DNA of 64,000 nucleotides from Chrysomallon squamiferum (taxonomy: Eukaryota > Animalia > Mollusca): NCBI GenBank assembly GCA_012295275.1, contig CM022677.1, forward strand, positions 4,960,001 through 5,024,000, written 5' to 3'. The notes under the pieces are model-generated. The model worked only from the letters and a program-made list of their open reading frames with translations. It did no database searches and was not told where the DNA came from. A program made the position numbers and the translations under genes. Shown in pieces: positions 1-13,049 of the stretch (position 1 is its first letter; each line of letters begins with the position of its first letter).

Positions 1-73
1 TTTCACTTTCATTTGATGTCTCAGACTTTCATAATGAAGCCATAATGAAGCAAATTAATTATAAATTTTTAAA

Positions 74-126
<53 letters not shown>

Positions 127-1084
127 CATACATACATCGTTTCATTTTCATTTTCTTTAAAATAAAAATTACTGCAAATCTGTTTTTAAAAAAGATGTTG
201 GTTTTAATAGAGCTAAAATTACTCTTTTAGCCTGATTAATTTCAGCTTTTTTCAGATATCTCTTAATGTTAATAACAACAATTCAAAATCAAGATATAAT
301 AATAAATCATTAAAATAATCCAGTTATTAATTGTATTTTTATTTTATCTCATTGTATATCATTTTTTCTATTCATTTTTTAAAAACAAAACAACAATCAA
401 AACACTTAGAACTTGTATTTATTTATACATAAACAAGGACACTGTCTTTCACATGCTGCAGTTATTTGACAACAAACACATTAACTCTTTCTCACAGATA
501 ACATGTCTGTATCAACTCATCCTTTCACATTCCCATCTGTCTGTCTGTCTGTCTGTCTGTCTATGACTGCATTGATTTCTCCTACATACCCATGCCTCAG
601 CTAACGCATATAAAAGTTATAATTTCCTTCAGTACACACACACACACATACACTAACACACAACTTGTGTGTATATATATATATATATATACATAATGAC
701 ATATTTGAAACTTTTTGAAGCCTTAACAATGATCCACGTTCCTTGTAATCACTATAAGCAGCTAAATTAACAACATTATCATTAATGTCTTAGTAGCTAA
801 GTGAATTAACTTATTTAGGTTTAGTGTTGAAAGCAGAAGTTTGCATAAATATGTATGGTGCACATTTTGCTTTGTTTTACTGAATTCGACGTAATGGCAG
901 TGCGATCTAGAAAAACGACAGCTATCAAACTTTATAAAGGCTTTAACAAAATAATGTCTACAAGCAGTGAACATGTAATTATGTCATTTCTCCCCCGAAT
1001 CTCAACTTAATTTAATTTGTACAAAAGTTCAGAAGAACTATGTTTATTATCAAACTCTAATCACAGCAGTAAAACAAATAATTT

Positions 1085-1675
1085 GACCTAATACTAACAC
1101 AACACCTACACAAATACCTCATACTAAACCTAACACCTATACTAAACATGACACCTACACTAACACCTAATACTAAACACAGCACCTTCACTAACACCTA
1201 ATACTAATCATAGCACCTACACTGACACCTAATACTAAACCAAACACCTACAAAACACCTAATACTAAAGCTCACATACTAACAGCTAATACTAAACATG
1301 ACACCTACACTAACCCTTAATTCTAAACCTAATATCTACACTAATCTAAACCCTAACATATTAACACCTAATAGTAAACGTAACCCCTATACTAGCCCTT
1401 AATACTAAACCTAACACATGCAGTAACCTTTAACAGTAAACCTAACACCTACATTAACAGCTAATACTAAACATGACACCTACATTAACACCTAATACTT
1501 AATCTAGCACCTGTACTAACACCTAATTTTAAACCTAACCTTTAATACTAAATCTAACACCTACATTAACAGCTAATACTAAACATGACACCTACATTAA
1601 CACCTAATACTTAATCTAGCATCTATACTAATTTTAAACCTAACCTTTAATACTAAATCTAACACCTACACTAAC
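1085..1675. repeat. Degenerate tandem repeat built on CTAACACCTA/ATACTAAAC motifs
   Basis: Recurring 'ctaacacctaatactaaac' and 'acacctacactaac' units with variation; resembles degenerate (CCCTAA)n. Confidence 0.8.
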
Positions 1676-1986
1676 ATAGAGTACTATTTCTGTGGCAGCT
1701 AGCCTAACCATGCATGTTACAGTCTAAAATAAAAAGGATTTATTAAAATAAAGATAACTAAAACCTTTCTTGATAATGATCTGACTTCTTAGTATATTTT
1801 AAACTTAAATGAATAATGATAGTGAAATCTAAGTCTAAGTCTTTCTCTCAGACTTGTTCTAACATTCAGGACATAACTAATATTTAACTGTAAATCTAAG
1901 CAAATAATTTCCGAACACTCACCTAACCGTAACAATGTTTCAAATAATAATAAAATAAGAATAATAAACAACAAAAATAAAAAAAA

Positions 1987-2034
<48 letters not shown>

Positions 2035-3335
2035 CATAATCATAATCATAATCATAATCATAATAATAAAATAAATATAACCCTAACTTTAACCCAAGTG
2101 AAAGATTTAATAAATTATTTTCACCATGTTTTATAATTATATAATTTCTTGAGATCAATTGATGTTTAAAATATCCCTAACTCTGACCACTTCTCTTAAA
2201 TTGAGATTACAATGAGATTTTAAGAGTTGACAGATTCTTGTCATTAATTATTTGTGTTTAGTTTTAAAAGCACAAAGTAAGGTTTCAACACTGGACCTAT
2301 TTCTCTCAGAAAGTAAAATTACCATTGATATTGATTTAAAATCAACATAAAATGAAATTTTAAAACCGTAATTCTTTTGTCCCAGTAACTCAAGTTTCCA
2401 TAATCAATATTGAATCTCAAAATGTTTTAATCAATACAGTTATAAGCTTAGTGAGAGTTGTGGCCCTTTGTTTATGCTCAGTTCAGTTCCATAATTAATT
2501 CCAGTATAATTATTCTGTCAGTAAGAGATAACATATACTCCAGTCGATCAAATACACACTCCAGTCATTTCATTTCTTTGAAACTTGAACTTTTTTCTGA
2601 AAAATATTTTTTCCATCTTCTTGTTTGTTACAAGCCATTTTCTTCATTTTTTCAACACTGGCTAGTATTAATAAATAAACAATAACATCAGTATTTATAT
2701 AAAATGAAAACGCTACATTGTAAAATTATATATTAAAATTTTTGTTTGTTCATTGTTTTGTTTTCTGCTTTCCATTCACTTTCAAACTTCTACTCACTTT
2801 AATGTTTGAAATGAAACAAGTGTTGTATAACATATCAAAAACATTTATATGAACACAAAGAAGAAAACTATCCCCAAAAAACCCCAACAACAACAAAAAA
2901 AAACAAAAAAAACAACAACAACCATGCATGTATATGTAGAGAAAGAAGAAGAAAACACACACATTTTCAAATGTTTCTTTAAGTCTTACTACTGTAAGAA
3001 TTATCTTGGCACATAAAAGTGTTTTTGCATTCATCTGAAAAAATCTAATTTTAAAACACAACTTAAGTAGTTTAGCTTTTAATTGTTTGCTTAATTATAA
3101 CAGAACTAGATGGTTAGAAGAGAAATTTGACCAAAAGTTGAAAATGGGTAACAGTTTATAAAATTATTAAAAATAATAACAATAAATACAAATAAAAATA
3201 AAAATATTAAAATAAAAATAAAAATAATAACAATACTACTACTACTACTACTACTACTGCTACTACTAATAATAATAATAATGAGCAATAAATAAAATGA
3301 GAAAGAATTGGAGTAAGTAATAATAAGAGAAATTA

Positions 3336-3367
<32 letters not shown>

Positions 3368-3451
3368 GAAGTTTAAAAATATTAACAGTAACTAAATATA
3401 TAAATGATCAACTGATTATGAAATATAAATAAATAAAATAAAATGTTGCTG

Positions 3452-4019
3452 TTACACAAACAGTTGAGTGGTGAGGAAACATGGACAAACACAATGATGT
3501 TGTTTCTCTGTACAATTCATGTACTGCTGAGATTACACAAACAGTTGAGTGGTGAGGAAACATGGACAAACACAATGATGTCGTTTCTCTGTACAATTCA
3601 TGTACTGCTGAGATTACACAAACAGTTGAGTGGTGAGGAAACATGGACAAACACAATGATGTCGTTTCTCTGTACAATTCATGTACTGCTGAGATTACAC
3701 AAACAGCTGAGTGGTGAGGAAACATGGACAAACACAATGATGTCGTTTCTCTGTACAATTCATGTACTGCTGAGATTACACAAACAGTTGAGTGGTGAGG
3801 AAACATGGACAAACACAATGATGTTGTTTCTCTGTACAATCCATGTACTGCTGAGATTACACAAACAGTTGAGTGGTGAGGAAACATGGACAAACACAAT
3901 GATGTCGTTTCTCTGTACAATCCATGTACTGCTGAGATTACACAAACAGTTGAGTGGTGAGGAAACATGGACAAACACAATGATGTCGTTTCTCTGTACA
4001 ATCCATGTACTGCTGAGAT
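3452..4019. repeat. 81-bp minisatellite, 7 copies
   Basis: Unit ttacacaaacagttgagtggtgaggaaacatggacaaacacaatgatgtcgtttctctgtacaattcatgtactgctgaga; explains the 27-aa repeat ORFs on both strands. Confidence 0.95.
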
Positions 4020-5153
4020 TCATACACGTAATAGGTGAACCCATTCTCTGTGTCTGTATGTATGTAATATGTATGCATATACTTATGGTTGGTAACCTTT
4101 TGTTTTTTTGCTAAACATGGATTTGTTGTTTAAAAATATTGTTTAAAAAAAAGCTCTAACCATTAACCAAAATTAACTACTTTATACTTTATTTCTGTTA
4201 AATACAATGCTCAGTGATGTAATTTTATATATATATATATATATATATAAATTATAAATTAGATATTATTTGCAGTATTTGTATTATTATTGTATTACAT
4301 ATATCCAGAAGTTACTTATTTTAAATTAAAACATCTTATGGCCAGTGTTCTTTCTGCAGCATCAGGCTTCTGTCATGTTTCCTTGTAGTTTCAAGGGCAG
4401 ATCACTCTGTTCTCTCATGATACTTAACTGAAATTTATCTGTTCTGATATTTGCTCATTCCTTCAAGGGCAAGCCTATTTTGATTAGCTGATGTATGACT
4501 ACTTTAAGCTAATATTATGTATCAAGACATTTTTGTGTCGCCAAGCATCAGAAAAATTACGTTTTGTTACTGAACTTTTAAAGTAACCTAGCCATTAATT
4601 GCAGTTTACAACTACCATTTACCTATTTAATTGTTACACTTTTTTCTACTTGTTTTCTTTTTACTTCTTTTTTTTTTAATGTAGAACATTAGGAAATCTT
4701 TATGAAATGAATTATAAAAAAGAAGGAATATTAATTAATATTAACAATATTAACAATATTTTGTTTTTCTGTCACACAGTTTCTGGTTTGTTTCCTGGCA
4801 CTAGACAGATCCAGTAAAATGCAAACATAAGATTCCATAATTAACTATTACTTATTATAAACTTATTTGCAGTAAACAGTGGATCCTTTGCTCCCCCTTT
4901 GAAAAATAATCATAAAGCTAAATATGTAACAATAGTTAAGAGGAGAACTGTACAAACATCTAGAAGAATATGACAGATAATGGTACCTGAAATGTGTGCA
5001 TTAAGTGTATGTGAGGGATTGAACTAAAACATCCACTGTGATCTTTGGTTTCACTAAAAATACATAAACACCACTGAGGTTCAGGTTTATTTCTCATTGT
5101 TTAGAATTAAAGTATCTGGGAGCTGGAAGACACCTGGGATGTTTATAAACACA

Positions 5154-6235
5154 GTCACTGAGACTATCTTAACAAAAACAAGACAGTAATGGTCTGTCAG
5201 TATTGTTCAGGTGTATGGGATGTTGTCACTGAGACTATCTTAACAAAAGCAAGACAGTAATGGTCTGTCAGTATTGTTCAGGTGTATGGGATGTTGTCAC
5301 TGAGACTATCTTAACAAAAGCAAGACAGTAATGGTCTGTCAGTATTGTTTAGGTGTATGGGATGTTGTCACTGAGACTTTTAACAAAAACAAGACAGTAG
5401 TGGTCTGTCAGTATTGTTCAGGTGTGTGGGATGTTGTCACTGAGACTATCTTAACAAAAACAAGACAGTAATGGTCTGTCAGTATTGTTCAGGTGTATGG
5501 GATGTTGTCACTGAGACTATCTTAACAAAAGCAAGACACTAATGGTCTGTCAGTATTGTTCAGGTGTGTGGGATGTTGTCACTGAGACCATCTTAACAAA
5601 AACAAGACAGTAGTGGTCTGTCAGTATTGTTCAGGTGTGGTGATGGGAGAAATATGTTTCTGTGTGGACTGAGACTATCTTAAAAAAAAACAAGACAGTA
5701 GTGGTCTGTCAGTATTGTTCAGGTGTGGGATGTTGTCACTGAGACTATCTTAACAAAAACAAGACAGTAGTGGTCTGTCAGTATTGTTCAGGTGTGTGGG
5801 ATGTTGTCACTGAGACCATCTTAACAAAAACAAGACAGTAGTGGTCTGTCAGTATTGTTCAGGTGTATGGGATGTTGTCACTGAGACTATCTTAACAAAA
5901 ACAAGACAGTAGTGGTCTGTCAGTATTGTTCAGGTGTGTGGGATGTTGTCACTGAGACTGTCTTAACAAAAACAAGACAGTAGTGGTCTGTCAGTATTGT
6001 TCAGGTGTGTGGGATGTTGTCACTGAGACTGTCTTAACAAAAACAAGACAGTAGTGGTCTGTCAGTATTGTTCAGGTGTGTGGGATGTTGTCACTGAGAC
6101 TTTCTTAACAAAAACAAGACAGTAGTGGTCTGTCAGTATTGTTCAGGTGTATGGGATGTTGTCACTGAGACTGTCTTAACAAAAACAAGACAGTAGTGGT
6201 CTGTCAGTATTGTTCAGGTGTGTGGGATGTTGTCA
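5154..6235. repeat. 71-bp minisatellite, about 15 copies
   Basis: Unit gtcactgagactatcttaacaaaaacaagacagtagtggtctgtcagtattgttcaggtgtgtgggatgtt starting at 5154, 5225, 5296...; one unit interrupted near 5640-5665. Confidence 0.95.
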
Positions 6236-6239
6236 GTGT

Positions 6240-9200
6240 GACTGGGGTGAAAGGCAACTCAGCACAGAAGACAGAACATCTGGCAAGAGAGAAAGATGTT
6301 TGAGTCAATTCTATACATTTTATTATACATTGTCTAAAATATTATACTAGCATCATTAACTGAAAGAATGTAATGAAGAAAGAACTTGTGTGGATTCTAT
6401 GGGAGACAATCCTAACTTATTACAAATAAAAACTAAAATTTATCATCCAGCAGTGAATAAGAGGAGAAATATTTCCAAGAAAAACTCCTACAATTAACAA
6501 ATTATCACATAAAAAAATAAAAAACAAAATAAAATTAGTGAAAACAAAATAATAATAAATAAATAAAAAATGAGAGGAGTCAAAACAGAAACAGTTTTTA
6601 TTTCAGTAGTAAAAGTAGGAATCAGTAAAATGCCAAAATAAAAATATTGACATATATTATAGTTCTGGCAAAATGTCACGTTTTTCACACAATAGTAATC
6701 CTCTTGTGATTTATAGAGAGCTCAAAGGCACCTTTCCTTCTAGAGGTTCATGTCTTTCTCCTGAAAAAAAAAAAAAAAAAAAAAAAAAAATAATAATAAT
6801 ATTATTATTATTATTTTCAAATGAGATGATTGAAAATAAGTAAAATTCACTTCATGCAGAACTATGAGATTTGTACGAGTCTGGTTGTTTACTGATGGGG
6901 ATGGGTGAGTCTGGTCATTCACTGCTGGGGGCAAGGAGTGTTATCGTCCAGTGCTGGGTTTTACTGGTCATCCTCTGGTCATTCCTCTGCATCCTCCACA
7001 CACAAAACATGAGGCTGAGTGTCTGAAATGCTGGACACCTACTACTGACAGTTTTATATTTTTCTGACTTCCACTTGTCACTGAACAGATGTACTGAGAA
7101 TAGAGTCAGATCTTCTGCTGGTGACTCCACCAGACTTTCAGAAGTGAACTACTGTCTCAATGTCATCAGTCAAGTCTTGCCTTGGTCTACCTGGGCTTCT
7201 TCCCACTGAGACCGAACAGCAGAGTTCAACCTGCAAGTTGCAAGTACAGAATTCAGGGAATTTGCTGATTAAAATCACTGTTAGGCACACCAAACTTGAC
7301 ACGAGGCAAAAATAAAGCAGACTTGGCTGCAGAGACTGACTTTTCATTACCCCTGATACCAACATGCCTGGGTATCCCAAATAAAACAACTAGTACTAAC
7401 AAAAAAAAAAAAAAAAAAAAAAAAACACATGAAAATTGTTTTTATATCATCAAAGGACACTAACTATGAATGAATTCTTTATCTGAACATTATCAATGTT
7501 TAATGTAACCATGAACTATATCATTTTGTAAAACACAAATTACTTATTTGTTTATTTATTTAAGATCCTAATTATATAAAAACAATACTACAGCAGAAGT
7601 AGAGTCCCATCACAGAACCTAACCAGCTGATACGTGAAACATTTACCACCATGTTTTGGTTATTATCTCTGTTTTAAATGTAAGAAGCATAAATAAACAC
7701 AAAGGAAGAGAAACAACTGAAAATTTATAACAATAACTAAATCAGTTTAAGAAACACAAAAACATAAAGGAAGGGAAACAACTGAAAATTTATAACAATA
7801 ACTAAATCAGTTTAAGAAACACAAACAAACATAAAGGAAGGGAAACAACTGAAAATTTAGAACAAAAAATGTAACTGGTTCATTACTGGTTTCTGTTGAC
7901 TACAAATATTTATCTCAATAAAAGAACTCACAGTAGAAATGTGTGTCAGACAAATACATTTCAAATTATATATGACCTATAAATGTAATAAACAGCTTGA
8001 AGTAGCTTTTAACTGAATGTAATTATGTGTATGTGTGTGAGTGTGTGTAAAAGAAACATCACTGCATCTTACTTGAGATTATGTCTTCTTCACTCATTCC
8101 CATCAGAAATGATCACTGTAATCATCAGAGCTGTCATGTTGTGGTGTAACAAGACTTTGTCCTTGTGTGCTTGTTGCTCCTTACAAGTCTGATCCTCATC
8201 TGACATAGTCTGAAATGTTTTGTTACAGTATTGTTTATAAAACCCAGAATCTAACAAAAATATCTTTCATATCAGCAACATACATGAACACAGATCTTAT
8301 ATAAAAGCCAAAAAGAAAGAGAAAAAAAAAAAAATGTTTGATATAAATACCTCTAGAGTGTCATCCAAATGTCATATCACAACTCAACTCTGGATAAGGA
8401 ATTTCAATAAATGATTTTTTCACTTTTTATACACTGCAAAAGTATAATGAAGAAATATGAGAATTATTACAAGTTATTATAATATTTATATAGAACAACA
8501 ACTACAAAAGAAACCCAACAACATAGAAATAAATGCGAATATTAAGAATGTGCATATGATCTGCTGATGAAACCAGGTTACAAATAGAAAAAATAATACT
8601 TTATTGTAAATTGGAAGTTTTATTATAACAATTAGTGAGAAATATTCACACAAACTAAGTTTAACTGAATTACTGACACATGTAAGAACATAAAGAGAAA
8701 GAACTTTACCTACACAAATTAATGTGTCAAACAGTTTCAAGATTCTAACCTAAAATATATTAGAAAAACAACATGAAACACACACAAACAACCACCCACC
8801 CATTGAAATAACTTGCCTTATCAGACACATCATCTACATCATCTACATCAGCTTCCATCTGCAGTAGTGACCAATCACTTTCAACTGACCTATAAACAGA
8901 ACAGATTAAGATACTGCAATATCAGGGTCAAACTAATGTTATGTAAGAATGAGTTATTTTGTAATCTCTTCAGGTAGTAATGAAAGCTACTTTGTACTAT
9001 GGATTAGACCAATGACAACTTACAGTAAAACCCCCTTCTGCCCTAAAATTGAGTTTTGTGACACAAATGTCTCTGCAGTTCCTAAGACTATTCACTACTA
9101 TCACTTAGTCTACATGTACTGATTTCTATAGCGACTTTTAGTTCTGTCTGTAAAAAGAAGATTAATGTTGCCAATGACAACTTATAGTAACACCCCCTAG

Positions 9201-10655
9201 TAAATACCCCACTGCCCTTGAACCAAGAATTGTGATGTAAATGTCTATGCATTTTCTAAATTCACTTTTATTATGGATTAGTCTACTTACAATGATTTAT
9301 GTCACAGCATTTAGTTCTGTCTGTAGGCCACAACTTAGTGGTTTATATAGTCTATTAATAGTATCATCCCTAACAGTTAAGACCTGTGTTGTTAAATACA
9401 TTTTTATAATAATAAAACCTATGGGTGCAAATTCTATTCTCTGCTAGGAAATTATATGACATTAATATTCTAAATTTGATTTGATATACTACTTCAAACC
9501 GAAATAGCTTTAAAACTTACATGAAAGGCTTTGTCTTTTTATCTGGATTTTCATTAACAGATTTCTGCTGCCGTTTCCTTTTCATAATCTGTCTTGAAAA
9601 CGAATGACTCAAATCTAAAATTAAAAGAATTTACTTGTCATGGCAGAAGAAAATATATCTGATAGTGTGGATGTAAACAAAGAAATGGTGACTCATTTTA
9701 TAAATATTACTATTCTATATTAATCAACAGTGCAGGTGTTTGAAACAAAAAATGATCAGTACAAAAGAATAATTATAGCATCAGTTATAAAGTATTAAAC
9801 TTGAGAAGAACACAACAGAATAAACAGATAGTATAAATTTGATATTCCTGTAACACAGCTACTGACTGAGCTCACAATATGTCCAATGAGGTATAACAAA
9901 CACAATATTTCTTAAATAAATTGCATTACATATCTGAAATTTGATTTTTCCTATAGTTCTGACACACATGTTTTATTGTATAATAAAAGTGAATATGTTT
10001 TATATCTGAGAAGTTTAAAGTGTTATTGAAACTGGGAACTATTTGTATGAAGACCAGGTCCTGTACAGTAATAGTCACTGTAATTGTGTGCTCGAATTTC
10101 CATAAATTTCTAAAAGCTGTGCGAACCATGTTATGTATAAAACACACAAAATTAAAACTTGTATACATTTTAAAAAGCGTGTTACCAGTTAGCTGTATCT
10201 AAAATCTTTGTTCAAACTCTTTCTCGTGTCATTAGTATTTTCCCTTTTCCATCATTTCCTTCCCAAAGGAATCTGACACTGTGTTGATTTCTAACACTGA
10301 ACCTCGACGGTCTTTGTTTCAGTACACTGCGACACAATTTTTCAAACCTGTTAATAGTATTTTGAATACTAGTTACTGGGATTTCAAAATGTGTTACACT
10401 GAACTGTATTATTGTGTATCTCACCTTGTCTGCTCATCTCCAGATGTACATCGCACTGTCAGTCACTGATGTCCTGTGTCTTCACTGTTCTCTTTTGTTC
10501 CCGTGACTCCGCTGCTTTCTTTTTTGGTCGCTCTTTTGCACATCTGCTTTTACTGCTCGTACTTTTCTTTATCAATTCATTTCTTTTTTTTTTTTTTTTT
10601 TTTTTCTTAATTGCATCCTAACCTGCCTGGTCCGCGTTGATCCAAATCTTTAAAT
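6240..10655 (-). pseudogene. Unidentified decayed multi-exon gene (gene A) with a K/R-rich then acidic N-terminal region
   Basis: Phase-compatible exons 10425-10655, 9521-9614 (LSHSFSRQIMKRKRQQKSVNENPDKKTKPF), 8817-8889 (SVESDWSLLQMEADVDDVDDVSDK, GC donor) and 8073-8209, then exon 6851-7230 and small exons near 6732-6760 and 6240-6279; stops or frameshifts in several; may extend to ~3450. Confidence 0.6.
7259..7390 (-). mobile_element. Non-LTR retrotransposon RNase H fragment (intronic)
   Basis: Translates as (W/G)IPRHVGIRGNEKSVSAAKSALFLPRVKFGVPNSDF, matching the WxPSHVGIxGNExAD-xAAK RNase H motif of RNase H-bearing LINEs. Confidence 0.75.
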
Positions 10656-11691
10656 CTGTGTTAGAGGAAATATGAATCATCCCAAAATTATTTTATGCTT
10701 CAATTCTGGTTTTTGAAAGTCCTGTAAATCATAGTCTTTTACAGATTCCTATATATTTATCTACTACAACTGAAGTTTAAAAAAATCTTCGACTAACCGG
10801 ATATAATGTTTTTGTGCGTAAGAGTTATTTCCCCTTATCACTTATTTACATTGATTTCGTCCCTGGACCAAGAGCACCCGACCCAAAGAAAGTGTTTGTG
10901 AAATAATATTATCCACCTTAAACAAGTAACAATATCTGTGATTATTTTAAAGAATTTATTGATAGAAAAAGTATTTCTATACTTTATTTCAAATCGTTTC
11001 TAAAAATTAAAAAGAAAAAAGTAATTTGTTAGTGAACAAAACTGGACATCATTCAAAGACCCTAACTTCTAAAAAAAAATATTATAGTAATCAGTCACAT
11101 AGATTTATTTTTTTACGTTACCCATTACAGTTTAAACTGATCTGCCTGTCTAAGTTACTTGATAAATGAAAGCTATGGATGTACTAGGAAAGCTTACTCA
11201 TTGAACAACTGTATCATTCAGAACGACGTAGGTAGCAATATTTTTACTTTTCTTTTTTACTTAACCTTGATGTGATTTCTTGTGACAAACCACTATTATT
11301 TTAGTAATACCATTATTAATTAGATTATGTTTCTGGTAATCTGTCAAAATCTAGTCTTCACTTTTGTAATATAATGATTATTTCATATAATAAAGCCTAA
11401 CGGGTAATTCTAGAGCAACTTAGGCAACCTGTAACTATTGTTTTATGAAAACACGTACAAGTTTTAATCCTGTATTACAAGGTCTACTGAAAGATTTAAG
11501 ATAGCCAGTGTATGAAGAGAGTTACAATCCCAGTCTTGATTAAATTCGTCTGTCAGTGTTTAACTGCAGTGTGTGTGATTTAATATTAATTTAATGAAAA
11601 TACAGACTGAGTAATGAAACTAATTTTGATTAACATGTCATTGACTGGTTCAGGTACATATAATATTGTTCTAGGGGATTTATATGTTTGC

Positions 11692-11780
<89 letters not shown>

Positions 11781-12004
11781 ATATTGATGGAAGGTTCTTC
11801 TTAAGAAGATAAAACCCTAAAATTATGAATGAAAGGATTAGTACAGAGAGTAGTATTGTAAATATAAATTTTTCATCTGTTAACAGCTGTGAAATCTAAG
11901 AATAAATGAATAAATGAATCTAGGATCAAAGGAAATAACTGTTGTATAGCTTATTATGAACTGCAAAAGAGTTAGCTGTTGTGAAAATATATATTCAGTA
12001 AATT

Positions 12005-12105
12005 AGTTGGGCTATTATAATTAGTTGGCTGATATAAAAATGGCCATTGTATATATTCCCCTGTCTGTGCATCAATAATCCTTTGCTGCTAACTGGAAAG
12101 AGTAG
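12005..12105 (+). mobile_element. Degenerate MetaSINE-like central domain
   Basis: ggccattgtatatattcccctgtctgtgcatcaataatcctttgctgctaactggaaagagtag resembles the recalled Meta domain ggccgtggtatgtgctatcctgtctgtgggatggtgcatataaaagatcccttgctgctaatcgaaaagagtag. Confidence 0.5.
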
Positions 12106-13049
12106 AACAAGAAGTGATGACATTAATTCTCATTTTTACATCTTTTTTGTACAAGTTGTTACATGCATGTATTGTATACCTCTGTTCTTTTGAATGTAAC
12201 TTCAACCCGTATAACTAAATCACAGACAGCTGGCTTAAGCCTCATCATTTGCAGCTGAATAATCTGAACTAAAGGTCAGAGACTAAGTCTGCGTGGATGC
12301 TCCTACCTGTGAGAAGCTACATCTAACAGAACATTTTCTGTTGAGAGAAAACATTTTCTAGTGAAAAATATTTGTTACAAACACCTACTATTTAACACTG
12401 AATAGAAATTTAATTGGAAGTCTGTGGTGATGTCATGAAACAAACTAGTTCTGTATATCTCAATATTGCAAATAATCATTAAAAATAGTAAGAAATACTT
12501 CGAATTGCAAAATCGAATTTACAAACTGTATTTTCTTATAATGGTTTTAAAAGATATTTGAACTTTATTAGAAATATATATATTTTTTTTCTTCTACAAA
12601 ATAAACTTGTATGTGAAAACAATTATTTCTTCTAATATTGTCTTTATATACCCAAAATTCTCAAAACTTCAGAGAACAGTATATATATTATTGTTGTTGT
12701 TCTTTAACATAAGACAATTATTTTTGTCTAGCAGATTTATATCCAACACTCATGTCTTAATCTGTATTTAATACTTTATAAATGTCACTGACTTTGCTAA
12801 CAGCTTCATTCCATTAAAATCTTTATTCAGTATCAACTGCATATACTTCACTTTGGTATACAACATGTTACATTAGTTTTCAAAGAGTCACACTTATTTT
12901 ATTTAAATGTTCTCTAATTTTTCCTTTCTTTTTTTTTTCACTTTTGTTGATAATATTAAAATCTTCACTCTGAGTAGTGGCTGACTGTCACTTGAGATCC
13001 AGCAACGTACCACTGCCTTGACAGTAACAGTTTAGTTCATGAACCAACA

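Noticed and set aside
3408-4114. 197-aa and 223-aa repeat ORFs on both strands
   Set aside because: By-product of an 81-bp (3n) tandem unit; no domain evidence
5154-6235. CRISPR-like regular array
   Set aside because: Units are contiguous and near-identical with no unique spacers; eukaryotic context and no cas genes
5060-7230. SPIDR-like identity for gene A
   Set aside because: Only vague resemblance in short disrupted segments; not supportable by eye
9009-9326. Two diverged ~160-bp tandem copies starting ccaatgacaactta
   Set aside because: Ordinary old intronic duplication with no further structure
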